DNA of 64,000 nt. Origin: Nitrososphaerota archaeon. Lineage in GTDB: Archaea > Thermoproteota > Nitrososphaeria_A > Caldarchaeales > Calditenuaceae. Position 1 is the stretch's first letter, and the number at the start of each line of letters is the position of its first letter. The stretch is from NCBI GenBank assembly GCA_041641295.1, contig JBEPYO010000001.1, positions 736,001 through 800,000 on the forward strand, in the 5' to 3' direction. Of this stretch, positions 18,361-27,752 are shown piece by piece. The position numbers and the translations under genes were made by a program. Below the pieces are notes generated by a model that was given only the letters and a program-made list of their open reading frames with translations, was not told the DNA's origin and ran no database searches.

Positions 18361-18855
18361 ATGCAAACAACCACTCGTGAGAAAGAGTCTCAAAAAACTG
18401 CGCAGAAACTCTGCATAATACTCTCTAAAGGCTCCCTCGACATGGTCTACCCGGCATTCATACTGGCCACCACAGGCGCGGCTATGGGGATGGAGGTGCA
18501 TATGTTCTTCACTTTCTGGGGGCTCGATGCCGTCGTTAAGAGGAAAGTCGATAATCTGAAGATCTCAGCTGTTGGCAATCCGTCACTAGGTCTTCCATCG
18601 ATACTCGGTGTGCTTCCGGGGATGAGTGGGATGGTTACACGCATGATGGCTAAGAGGTTTAGGAAGCTGAAGGTGCCCACGGTCTACGAGCTGATAAAGC
18701 AGGCGAAGGATTTGGGCGTCAAGCTCCACGCATGCTCGACAACCATGACGGCTATGGGGATTAAGGAGTCGGACCTGATTCCAGAGGTTGAGGACGTGGT
18801 CGGCGCCTCAACATTCCTGAGCATCGCGGAGGGAGGCCAAGTAATCTTCATATGA
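18361..18855 (+). CDS. DsrE/DsrF-like sulfur carrier (DrsE_2 type)
   Basis: MFFTFWGL, ACSTTM (conserved Cys), VGASTFL, IFI C-terminus. Confidence 0.88.
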   Translation: MQTTTREKESQKTAQKLCIILSKGSLDMVYPAFILATTGAAMGMEVHMFFTFWGLDAVVKRKVDNLKISAVGNPSLGLPSILGVLPGMSGMVTRMMAKRFRKLKVPTVYELIKQAKDLGVKLHACSTTMTAMGIKESDLIPEVEDVVGASTFLSIAEGGQVIFI

Positions 18856-18856
18856 G

Positions 18857-19102
18857 GTGAAGTGGGGAGTGAGGCACGTAGTAGATGCTAGGGGGAGCTT
18901 CTGCCCAGGGCCGATAACAGAGCTCATCAAGGCTTACAGGAAGGCGCAGCCTGGCGACGAGATAGAGCTACTTGCCACTGACCCAGCTGCCAAGAGCGAT
19001 GTGGCCGCTTGGGCCGCGAAGAGCAAGAACGAGATAGTCGAGATGAGGGAGGAGCAGGGCTACATCAAGATAGTCATACGCGTGGCCTCTAAAGGAGGGT
19101 AG
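18857..19102 (+). CDS. tusA: TusA family sulfurtransferase
   Basis: DARGSFCPGP motif; ATDP...DV.AW. Confidence 0.9.
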   Translation: MKWGVRHVVDARGSFCPGPITELIKAYRKAQPGDEIELLATDPAAKSDVAAWAAKSKNEIVEMREEQGYIKIVIRVASKGG

Positions 19103-19104
19103 CT

Positions 19105-20322
19105 ATGAGGCGGATAGCCATAATCGGGGCCGGCACTGGAGGAACAATACTGGCCAACGCGCTGGCCAAGAAGCTGAGGACTGAGGTGAGGGGCGGCCGC
19201 CTAGAGATAGTGGTGTTCGACGGGTCTGAGTCTCACATATACCAGCCCGGCAACATCGACATAGCATTCAGAGGAGCAAACCCTAAAGCCTTCAGAAGAC
19301 CACCAACACAACTGCTGAGCCGAGAAGTAAAGTTACTCAAGAGTCCAGTCTCGCGAATAGACCTAGAAAATAGAGCCGTAATATATGATGGCGGAGCGAA
19401 GATGGGCTATGATTACCTCGTTGTCGCGACCGGCTCCATAGCCGCCCCAGAGATTATACCAGGGCTGGCCCAGGCATCTCTCAACTTCCACAGGTCGCAG
19501 GAGGATGCTGTGAGGGTCTGGGAAGCACTTTCAGCCTTCAGACGCGGCAGGATAGTTGTGCTGCCGGCCCTACCCCACAAATGTCCACCCTCCCCGGTCG
19601 AGGCCGTCTTCCTCATAGACGAGCTGATGAGAAAGAGGAGCATCAGAAAAGACGTGGAGATCATCTATGCCACACCCTACACCAGAGCCTACCCAGCCCA
19701 CGGGATAGCTGACGTTGTGGAGCCCGAGATGGAGAAGAGGGGCATAACTACATACACACTCTTCAACATAGACTATGTCGACCCTGCAGCCAAGAAGGTC
19801 TATTCGCTTGAGGGCGAGGAACTGGCATATGATCTTCTAATAGCAATCCCGCCCCACAGGGGTGCTGATGTCGTGATAGCCTCGGGCATAGGAGGGGAGG
19901 AGGGGTGGATACCGACTGACAAGCATACGCTGAAAATCAAGGGGCATGACGATGCATACGCGATAGGCGACGCCACGGACATACCCATCTCAAAATCAGG
20001 AGTAGTCGCACACCTAGAGGCGATAACGACGGCCGAGTCGATAACATCCCAGATACATGGGACAGGAAAAGTATACCTCTATAACGGGAGGATAAATTGC
20101 CCCTTGGAGATGGGTGGCCGCAAGGCAGTCTTCGTCTCCGGGACATACGTCAAGCAGCCGGAGAGGCAAAACCCCTCAACGACCAAGTATCTCATGAAGA
20201 GGCTCTTCAACAGGCTATACTGGACTATGCTGAGCGGGGCCCTGGAGCCCATATTCAACATATATTTGGGCCCACCCTACGAGGTTAAAGTGGTGGCAGA
20301 TGACGCTAACAAAAGCCCGTGA
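19105..20322 (+). CDS. sqr: Sulfide:quinone oxidoreductase-like flavoprotein
   Basis: IIGAGTGG, YDYLVVATG, HKCPPSPVE (Cys1), AIGDAT..PISKSG, NCPLEMG (Cys2), C-terminal amphipathic helix. Confidence 0.8.
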   Translation: MRRIAIIGAGTGGTILANALAKKLRTEVRGGRLEIVVFDGSESHIYQPGNIDIAFRGANPKAFRRPPTQLLSREVKLLKSPVSRIDLENRAVIYDGGAKMGYDYLVVATGSIAAPEIIPGLAQASLNFHRSQEDAVRVWEALSAFRRGRIVVLPALPHKCPPSPVEAVFLIDELMRKRSIRKDVEIIYATPYTRAYPAHGIADVVEPEMEKRGITTYTLFNIDYVDPAAKKVYSLEGEELAYDLLIAIPPHRGADVVIASGIGGEEGWIPTDKHTLKIKGHDDAYAIGDATDIPISKSGVVAHLEAITTAESITSQIHGTGKVYLYNGRINCPLEMGGRKAVFVSGTYVKQPERQNPSTTKYLMKRLFNRLYWTMLSGALEPIFNIYLGPPYEVKVVADDANKSP

Positions 20323-20632
20323 GGCAGCCCAGCTCGAACTGATCTCAGACTTCTTCACAATATTCACAAACCCCAAGAGAATACAGATACTACAACTCCT
20401 CAAAGAGGGCGAGCTCACAGTATCCGAGATCGCTGAGAAGACAGGCCTCCCACAACCAACAGTCTCCCAACACCTCAAAATACTCCGCGACAAACGCATA
20501 ATCACTGCCAAGAGGCGGGGAAACAAATGCTACTACACCGTCGAGGACGAGAGAATATACCAAGTCTGCGACCTCATAAAGGGAATAATCTCAAGAAGGA
20601 TAGAGGAGATAAGAAAGGAGATAGCCAGATAA
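20300..20632 (+). CDS. ArsR/SmtB family transcriptional regulator
   Basis: NPKRIQILQLL.EGELTVSEIA...QPTVSQHLKIL. Confidence 0.92.
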   Translation: MTLTKAREAAQLELISDFFTIFTNPKRIQILQLLKEGELTVSEIAEKTGLPQPTVSQHLKILRDKRIITAKRRGNKCYYTVEDERIYQVCDLIKGIISRRIEEIRKEIAR

Positions 20633-20710
20633 ATATCGAGAAAAATCAACCCCAAAGGACAAATATAAAGCCCGGCAACAAGTTAAAATCCAGCAGACAA
20701 TACTTTATAG

Positions 20711-20774
20711 AATGCGATGATGACTGAACGTCGCGGGAAACCAGTAATGTTCATAGGAGCGGGGGCTGAGCATC
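20711..20774 (+). ncRNA. Candidate C/D-box guide sRNA
   Basis: Perfect C box ATGATGA (20717-20723) and D box CTGA (20766-20769) 42 nt apart, closed by an ATGC/GCAT terminal stem; intergenic. Internal C'/D' boxes are degenerate. Confidence 0.65.
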
Positions 20775-20791
20775 CTCCACACAGCTTGAGG

Positions 20792-20876
20792 GCGGGGGTC
20801 GCCAAGCCTGGTCAAAGGCGCAGGGCTTAGGACCCTGTCCCGTAGGGGTTCGTGGGTTCAAATCCCACCCCCCGCA
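20792..20876 (+). tRNA. tRNA-Leu (anticodon TAG)
   Basis: GCGGGGG/CCCCCGC acceptor stem, CAGGG-CTTAGGA-CCCTG anticodon arm, long variable arm, GGTTCAAATCC T arm; no encoded CCA, no intron. Confidence 0.97.
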
Positions 20877-21086
20877 CAAATGTTTGTGCTAAATATTCCA
20901 AGGTAGGATGCTGGCTTCGCTTTAGAATTAGAGATCCCTCTCAGGCAGCATAACCAATCATGAAAAAAACAGTCTTACAACCCTCTATGCATGATATGAA
21001 GCCTATTTTTCATATTACTGCACACTTATCTTCCGGCTCTCATCTCATAAAGGCATGTTTTTGCAATAAGGTCTGATTATTAAATT

Positions 21087-21479
21087 GTGTTGAGACACGT
21101 AGGATGGGGTGATCAAATATCCTTAATAGAGCGGTTGCGGATATATGGTACGATTATGAGCATAAAGAACATGTGTATAGAATCACTCGATGAGATAGGA
21201 GGTATCGTGAGCGAAAATGTTGAACCGCTGAATATGGCCAGGTTCTCCGTTCTGCCTGTATGTAGATGGACAAAGCTTTTCAAAGTAAATGACGTGTCAA
21301 TCTGTATACAACAGATTATTACATACGATTACAGGGATTCAGAGCTGCGTCTTGGTAGGTTTTATGAGGGTGTGTTAGGCCGCTATGTTTGGTTTATGGG
21401 AAATGAGCCATCCATAGGTATGGTGCTTCTTCAAGACACGCGGCCAAATGCGCAAAACCCGTTAATTAGTTTCGCATGA
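21087..21479 (+). CDS. Hypothetical protein
   Basis: 130-aa ORF ending 7 nt before the GT2 start; no motif recognised; start uncertain. Confidence 0.45.
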   Translation: MLRHVGWGDQISLIERLRIYGTIMSIKNMCIESLDEIGGIVSENVEPLNMARFSVLPVCRWTKLFKVNDVSICIQQIITYDYRDSELRLGRFYEGVLGRYVWFMGNEPSIGMVLLQDTRPNAQNPLISFA

Positions 21480-21486
21480 GGGTTTA

Positions 21487-23235
21487 GTGAAGTTTTTGCA
21501 AACAGACAGCCCGAATAGGGGAGTGTATCTAAGGATTCTGACGTGGATAACCCTAATTATTCCCGTGATACTTCTTCAAATTTTTGGTACCTCTACACTG
21601 TCTTCATTATTATGGGTTTGGGGGGCTATAGTCGCTCAGATGAAGCTCTTCATATCAGTTTTGACAAGCAACTCTTTCGTCAGCTCACTCTTATATCTAA
21701 ATCTCTCTCTACTGGGTATTGCTGGAGTCCTCTCAATCATTAATAATAAAGAGTATGATGGGCACAACTCATTTTTCTACGAGATAGCAAACGAGAATGC
21801 ATCGCCGACATACTACGACTATACTGCTGAAAAGTATAATGAAACTATTTCGTCACTGTTTAATAGAAAGGCCGACCACTTCATTGACCTAGCTGGATTC
21901 TCAACTATTTTCGGAGTCTTGCTGCCTGAGGGCCCTGCAGTAAGGACCCTCCTAGACGTCCTAGTCAATGGTACCAAGTTGAGCTGGGTGCTAAGCGCTC
22001 CGCACGTAATGCTTCAAAACGCGGGCTTATCATCATTTAAGAAGAGGGACTTTTTGATAGATGAGGAGAAACTAAGAGAAAGAGCGGCTGCGTTGAGGGG
22101 TAAGAAGTTGATATTTATGTTGCCGACAAATGGGAAAAATCTAAAGACGGTCACTAGGTCCGTATCCTCGGTGGTTTATTGGCGCGAAATTGTCGGGAAG
22201 AATTTTTCATATACACCGGACATTTCTTCATGGGTTGTATGCGAGGAGAAGGACTACTTTGAGAAGAGGGATAGCTATGAGAAGCTCAAATCAGTGGGTT
22301 GTAGAATTATAGTAGTGCCCAGTGACTACAAGACCGTGAAAGAGACGCCGTATAAGGCGAGGGCTCTGACATATGCGTCAGGCATCATGGAGCAGGAGGG
22401 ACTCTCGACTAAAGATACATGGATCTATCACCAGGATGACGAGACAATGATAGGGGAGGACACGATTCTTGGCATTATGGATTTCATCTCTACAGCCAGT
22501 CCAAGCGATGTCTATGCAGCTGGAATGATAATATATGCTGATGGCTGGGGTTCTAGTGTCTCCACAATGCAGGAGCCCGCAAGAACGTATGACGACCTTA
22601 GAATACTGTTTACTACTAGGACGAGGGGGTTACTTTCGTTTGGGCATCACGGTTCCCACCTGCTTGTCAGGGCTGACGCTGAGCGAAGAATTGGTTGGGA
22701 CTTCGGCAAGGTAAAGACGGAGGACTGGATCTTCGGATTAAAGCTCTGGCAAGAATATAATCCTAAAAACACTATACTGAAGGGATTTGCTTACGAGAAA
22801 CCGCCACTAAATATCCGTGATTTATTAAAGCAGAGGAGAAGGTGGGCACAGGGAGCACTTGAGATAATTTTTAGAAGAGACATCAAACTGAGGTACCGTT
22901 TGGCAGCTCTCTACGGTGTCATAAGTTGGTTCTCAGCACTTCCGTCCTTGATAGCATTTATCTTAAACCTCATTATTCCGACTGGTGGTCTCTTCGTAGG
23001 TGCAGGCGCATTAGCGGGCTTCACCTGGTTCTCTCTTTATAGATACTATGGAAATGGCTATGCCTTAAATAAGCCATACCTAAGGAATTTTGGCCAAGAC
23101 AAGAGCTCAAGGATTAGGAGGACATTTACGATTATCGGCGGAATGATGCTTGAAAGTATAGCTCCATGGTATGCGCTCCTGAGACCCACGAAGAACTTCG
23201 AAGTTATAAGCAAGGATGCGAAAGGAACGTCGTAG
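21487..23235 (+). CDS. Membrane GT2 glycosyltransferase, Egghead (beta-1,4-mannosyltransferase)-like
   Basis: YKARAL, YHQDDET, HGSHLLV, TEDWIF, QRRRW (D,D,D,QxxRW set); N- and C-terminal TM helices. Confidence 0.8.
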   Translation: MKFLQTDSPNRGVYLRILTWITLIIPVILLQIFGTSTLSSLLWVWGAIVAQMKLFISVLTSNSFVSSLLYLNLSLLGIAGVLSIINNKEYDGHNSFFYEIANENASPTYYDYTAEKYNETISSLFNRKADHFIDLAGFSTIFGVLLPEGPAVRTLLDVLVNGTKLSWVLSAPHVMLQNAGLSSFKKRDFLIDEEKLRERAAALRGKKLIFMLPTNGKNLKTVTRSVSSVVYWREIVGKNFSYTPDISSWVVCEEKDYFEKRDSYEKLKSVGCRIIVVPSDYKTVKETPYKARALTYASGIMEQEGLSTKDTWIYHQDDETMIGEDTILGIMDFISTASPSDVYAAGMIIYADGWGSSVSTMQEPARTYDDLRILFTTRTRGLLSFGHHGSHLLVRADAERRIGWDFGKVKTEDWIFGLKLWQEYNPKNTILKGFAYEKPPLNIRDLLKQRRRWAQGALEIIFRRDIKLRYRLAALYGVISWFSALPSLIAFILNLIIPTGGLFVGAGALAGFTWFSLYRYYGNGYALNKPYLRNFGQDKSSRIRRTFTIIGGMMLESIAPWYALLRPTKNFEVISKDAKGTS

Positions 23236-23240
23236 ATAGA

Positions 23241-24107
23241 TTGAGCGACAAATATTTAGCTGCACTGGTCCTCTTATCCACTGTTCTTCTTTCCTATTTT
23301 TTCCTACCTCTTGCGGTGGGGGAGGAGACCCGAGACCTTTGCATCGATATGTCCACCGTCTATGACCAGCGCTTCAATTGGTATAACACGAATGGAAGTC
23401 TTCCCGCATACATGGGCGACCACTATCTTTTTAATGGCGGCTCAACCTCAAACATGTACCAAGACGCGCTATCTCTTGCTTCGATAAAGGTCGGGAAGGC
23501 ATTCGCGCTATCCGCGAGGCTTAGCATCCATATTGGTTCTGAGTCTACGAGCCCCAGGGATGAATTCGCCATCTTTGTGACAGATGATACGAAAGTATTT
23601 ACTGGCGATGAGTTTGGATTCGTTGTCCGTCAAGACACAGCCTCGCTCTACGGATATTTACAGTCTCCACGTTTCTATGAGTTTTTCAAGGAGTTTAAGC
23701 TGGCTGATCTGACCATCGGTAGGGAGGAGACATTTAACTTGAAAGCAGTCTACTCAGAGTTAGATGGAAGAGCACTAATTAGATTCTTCGTAAACGACAT
23801 CAATGTGCTGGTACATGATTTTCCAATCGTGACTGGCGAGAATCTTTATTTAGTCATTAGCTCCAAGAAGCTCAGCCCGCCATCAATTGATACTTCGAGA
23901 AACTACATGAAGGTCTATTCCACATGTATTGTGAACCTGCCAGCCCCCAGAATAGATATAACAGGACAAGATCCCACGCAAGAAAGTGACTCCATGTATC
24001 AAATAATAGTGTTTACAAACGTTGCCATCCTCATCGTCCTGCTGTCCATGTTCTTCATGATGGTTAGACTTTCAAGGCAGTTTAGACGGCCCGCCAGCAA
24101 GTCTTGA
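23241..24107 (+). CDS. Secreted, C-terminally membrane-anchored beta-rich protein (possibly lectin/ConA-like)
   Basis: Signal peptide after TTG 23241, beta-strand-like pattern, C-terminal TM plus basic tail; the fold is an inference. Confidence 0.6.
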   Translation: MSDKYLAALVLLSTVLLSYFFLPLAVGEETRDLCIDMSTVYDQRFNWYNTNGSLPAYMGDHYLFNGGSTSNMYQDALSLASIKVGKAFALSARLSIHIGSESTSPRDEFAIFVTDDTKVFTGDEFGFVVRQDTASLYGYLQSPRFYEFFKEFKLADLTIGREETFNLKAVYSELDGRALIRFFVNDINVLVHDFPIVTGENLYLVISSKKLSPPSIDTSRNYMKVYSTCIVNLPAPRIDITGQDPTQESDSMYQIIVFTNVAILIVLLSMFFMMVRLSRQFRRPASKS

Positions 24108-24197
24108 TAAAAAGCATCTCTTACAAGAGAGTGGGGTTGCTCGGCCTCATGATTTAGGGTTCTTGAACTGTTAAATATTGGGGATAGAGGCTAATGT

Positions 24198-24842
24198 GTG
24201 TTTGGCAGTACTTTTCGTGTGGATGCTGCGGATGCTAGTCTGCCGGCAACCCTCGTCGGGTTAATAGTGGCCTTTCCACTCTGGTATTTCACGTTCAACA
24301 CGGATTTTATGGGAGGGTTCTGGAATAGGATGGTCTTCTCGGTCAGTGTTTTGGGTCTTGTGGCGTTCCTAGCCGAGAGGGGGGAGATGTTGAGACAGCT
24401 TAGGAGGATCAATCCTAGGGTGTTGTTTTTGGGTGTTTTATCGGCACTCGCGTTGTATCTTCTGTTCTATGGGGGATACGTGGTTTTGAGGCCTTTTTTA
24501 GAGCATGGTGCGTTAAACGTCTACCTGCTCACAGGAGGGGTCTCGGCGGTCCAGGTTGCAGCCACCCTAGTCTACACGTCTTTCTGCGAGGAGTTATTTT
24601 GGAGGGGGTTTGTCCAGAGGAACATTATGGTCTATCTCGGGGATTTGGCAGGATTTCTGGTGGCAACAGCATTTTACACGCTCATCCACCTGTTCACACT
24701 GAACGCGCCATTAATGCTTGCGGCCCTAGTAGCGGGCCTCTGGTGGGGATTCCTCTACATGCTTAAACGCTCGTTATGGTTAAATATTATCTCGCATATC
24801 GTCTGGACCGAGCTAGTAATTTTGATGCTTCCCTTGAGGTGA
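24198..24842 (+). CDS. CPBP family intramembrane metalloprotease
   Basis: EELFWRGFVQ, FYTLIH, ISHIVW. Confidence 0.85.
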   Translation: MFGSTFRVDAADASLPATLVGLIVAFPLWYFTFNTDFMGGFWNRMVFSVSVLGLVAFLAERGEMLRQLRRINPRVLFLGVLSALALYLLFYGGYVVLRPFLEHGALNVYLLTGGVSAVQVAATLVYTSFCEELFWRGFVQRNIMVYLGDLAGFLVATAFYTLIHLFTLNAPLMLAALVAGLWWGFLYMLKRSLWLNIISHIVWTELVILMLPLR

Positions 24843-25738
24843 TGGTCATGTCGGTGAAAACATGGTTCATAGCCACTCGCCCCTGGTCTTTCGTCATGAC
24901 TTTTGTTTCCGCGACATTGGCGGCTGTTTTGGCGCTGAAACTCGCAACATTTGATGCAACACTCTATTTAATCACACTCGTTGGGTTGATTCTCTTCCAC
25001 GCCGCGACAAACATGCTCAACGACTACTTCGACGTGAAGAACAGGGTTGACAGGTTTGATGTGCCGACATCAAGGTATAGGCCTCACCCACTTTTGACGG
25101 GTGCGATTGGAGGCCGAGAATTCCTAGCGACGACAGCCACACTCTATGGCCTGGTGGTATTGATTGCCGGCATCTTATCCCTGGTTAGAGGCCCCCTAAT
25201 ACTCCTGCTTACTGGCGTGGGCCTGTTAGCCAGCGTGTTCTACACAGCCCCACCCATCGAATTCAAGTACAGGGCGCTGGGCGAGCCTGTGGTCTTCCTG
25301 GTCTGGGGGCCGCTGATGGTTGGTGGGAGCTACTACACTATAGCAGGTGACCTCAAGGTTGAGCCATTCCTAGCCGCCATTCCAGTAGGGATACTTGTGC
25401 TTTTGGTGCTTTTAGCCAACAACATAAGGGACACAGACTATGACAGGGAGGCCGTCAGTGCAACCATCCCCATCCTCCTAGGGGTCCGGAGAAGTCTAAT
25501 ACTCTTTGGAGCACTCTTGGCATCGACGTACATAATCACAATCCTCCTAATACTGCTGCGTATACTCTCCGTCTACAGCCTCGCGGTACTATTCACAGCC
25601 CCTATCGCGGCCAAGCTTGTAAAAACATTCTGGGTGAAGGTGCCAGATGATGCAGACCCACAGACAGCCAGGCTAGCCCTCTTATTCGGGCTCCTGCTTA
25701 TAGCCGGAGAGCTGTCTTCAGTCTTCATAAAATTTTAG
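24842..25738 (+). CDS. menA: 1,4-dihydroxy-2-naphthoate prenyltransferase (UbiA family)
   Basis: ATRPWS, NMLNDYFD...VD, YTAPP..KYRALGE, ANNIRD..YD; ATG 24842 overlaps the upstream TGA. Confidence 0.85.
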   Translation: MVMSVKTWFIATRPWSFVMTFVSATLAAVLALKLATFDATLYLITLVGLILFHAATNMLNDYFDVKNRVDRFDVPTSRYRPHPLLTGAIGGREFLATTATLYGLVVLIAGILSLVRGPLILLLTGVGLLASVFYTAPPIEFKYRALGEPVVFLVWGPLMVGGSYYTIAGDLKVEPFLAAIPVGILVLLVLLANNIRDTDYDREAVSATIPILLGVRRSLILFGALLASTYIITILLILLRILSVYSLAVLFTAPIAAKLVKTFWVKVPDDADPQTARLALLFGLLLIAGELSSVFIKF

Positions 25739-25748
25739 GTGAGTCTTC

Positions 25749-26741
25749 TTGAGGCTGGGTATTGGGTGGAATATCTCACACCCCGTATCTAAGGTTGCTG
25801 AGTTGGCGGCGAGGTCTGAGGAGTTTGGCTTCGAGTCGTTTTGGCTCCATGAAAACCCCATGCTGGGGGATGGCTTCGCCTCCCTCATCCTCGCCTGCAG
25901 GAGCACGGCCAGAATAAGGATAGGCATCGCCTGTACAAGCGTCATCACCAGACACCCAGTCATGATAGCAGCGTCAGCGGTGACACTTCAGAACGAGAGC
26001 GACGGGAGATTCGTGCTAGGCCTCTGTCTGGGCGGATTCCCGTGGCTGCCCCTCATAAACTATCCTGTGCAGCCAGTAAAAGAGACAAGACCCCTCCGCA
26101 GAATAGTAGAAGCCGCATCCATCATCCGATCGTTAATAAACGGCGGGGCCGCCGTCGTACCTGGAACCTTCTACAACGTCAAGGGATTCAGGCTGATGGC
26201 AAAGGCGTCTAAGCCCATACCAATCTACATAGGCGCACTAGGTCCTAGGACACTGAGAATGGCCCCCAGAATCTTCGACGGCGTAATAACCTCCCCAGGT
26301 GTTTTGACGCCGCTAGACGTCAGACGGCTCGTGGGATGGGTTGAGGAGGGGGAGAAAGACGGAAGAAAGGTGGAGAAGCTAGCATATGTCCTATCAGCGG
26401 TCAGCGGGAATGAGGCGGAGGCCTATGCGGCTATCAAGCGCGACCCCTTCTTCATCTATCAGCTCTCCGAGGTCGTCCCAGAAGAGAGCCTAGAACACTA
26501 CGGCGTAAAGCTGGACAAGCTGCCAGAGATAAGAGAGGCTTGGAGGAGACGCGACTTAGCTTGGGCCGCCAACCTAATAAGCGACGACATGGTAACAGCC
26601 CTCACAGCCTCGGGGCGAAAAGAAGACGCCATTAAAAGGATAGAAGAATATTCACAGACCGGCGCAGACACACTCATCATAACGCCCGTAGGAGACGTTG
26701 AAAAAGTCCTAAAAACATTCGCACCCCTAAACTCCGCCTGA
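25749..26741 (+). CDS. LLM-class (Mer-like) flavin/F420-dependent oxidoreductase
   Basis: GFESFWLHE, T.RIRIG, RHPVMIA, GRFVLG, PIYIGALGPRTL. Confidence 0.85.
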   Translation: MRLGIGWNISHPVSKVAELAARSEEFGFESFWLHENPMLGDGFASLILACRSTARIRIGIACTSVITRHPVMIAASAVTLQNESDGRFVLGLCLGGFPWLPLINYPVQPVKETRPLRRIVEAASIIRSLINGGAAVVPGTFYNVKGFRLMAKASKPIPIYIGALGPRTLRMAPRIFDGVITSPGVLTPLDVRRLVGWVEEGEKDGRKVEKLAYVLSAVSGNEAEAYAAIKRDPFFIYQLSEVVPEESLEHYGVKLDKLPEIREAWRRRDLAWAANLISDDMVTALTASGRKEDAIKRIEEYSQTGADTLIITPVGDVEKVLKTFAPLNSA

Positions 26742-26847
26742 TGGTCCAGCATTTCGAAATTACTACCACACGGTTTATTTCAACACCCATGTGCTCGGTG
26801 GAGCTTGACCTACTGCAGACACTATAAAAACAAAAGATGTGCAATCC

Positions 26848-27750
26848 TCAAAACTTCACAGCTCCCGCTAATTTAGGAATATTAATGAATTTTAGGATCA
26901 ATAAGATGACAACTATCATAGGGAGCATCGTTAACGTTAATATTGCGTACATCATTGCCCAATACACGTCAGTAGCTGTTGCCATAGAAGCTATAAATAC
27001 AGGAACTGTTTGAACATCAATGCGACCGAGTAAGAAGTGGGCGAACAAAAATTCGTTGTATGAAGTCAGGAAGGCAAATAGAGCTATAGCCAGTAATCCC
27101 GTACTTGCAACTGGCATAGTGATGTATCTTACTGTTTGCCATAATGTTGCACCATCAACTCTAGAAGCCTCTTCAATCTCCACCGGAATCGTTCGGTAAT
27201 AGAGAACTAGGTACCAAATAGAAAAGGGGAGTGTTAAAACTATATGGATCAATATTATAGACCCCAAGTTGTTGACGAGACCCAGCGTCTGCATTAAAAT
27301 ATAATATGGTACAGCAAGAACTACCGGTGGAAGTAGCCTACTTATGAGTATGAATGTAAAGAGTCCGACTCTACCCCTAAAGTTTATTCGGGTGAAAGCG
27401 AAAGCTGCCAGCGAAGCCAAGAAAAAGTTAGTTACTGCAACTGCACCTGCAACAATTACACTATTGAGTAGAATCTTACCGAAATAAGCGATATTAAGTA
27501 TTACAAGGGAACGTATTTCGTATCTTATATAGGGATCCTGTGAAGGAAATTCAAATCCAAATGGAGCTAAGAAAACATATTGATAATATACGGTGGTTGG
27601 CCCTCGAGCAAACCACAATCTACTTCCGGGCGGTGAACGTAATTCAGTCTCGGGCATAATGCTCCCGATTACGCTAAAAGCCACTGGAACAAATAGGAAT
27701 AGTAGGAAGATTATAATTATCAAGTAACTGACCAAATGTTTGGCTCTCAA
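26848..27750 (-). CDS. Carbohydrate ABC transporter permease (MalG-like)
   Basis: IEEASRVDGAT EAA motif, SYNEFLFA. Confidence 0.9.
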   Translation of the reverse strand: MRAKHLVSYLIIIIFLLFLFVPVAFSVIGSIMPETELRSPPGSRLWFARGPTTVYYQYVFLAPFGFEFPSQDPYIRYEIRSLVILNIAYFGKILLNSVIVAGAVAVTNFFLASLAAFAFTRINFRGRVGLFTFILISRLLPPVVLAVPYYILMQTLGLVNNLGSIILIHIVLTLPFSIWYLVLYYRTIPVEIEEASRVDGATLWQTVRYITMPVASTGLLAIALFAFLTSYNEFLFAHFLLGRIDVQTVPVFIASMATATDVYWAMMYAILTLTMLPMIVVILLILKFINIPKLAGAVKF

Positions 27751-27752
27751 CT

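Noticed and set aside
1-26741. Methanogenesis or methane oxidation suggested by hdrA and a Mer-like enzyme
   Set aside because: No mcr, mtr, fwd or mtd genes are in the window; HdrA and LLM proteins are widespread in non-methanogens.
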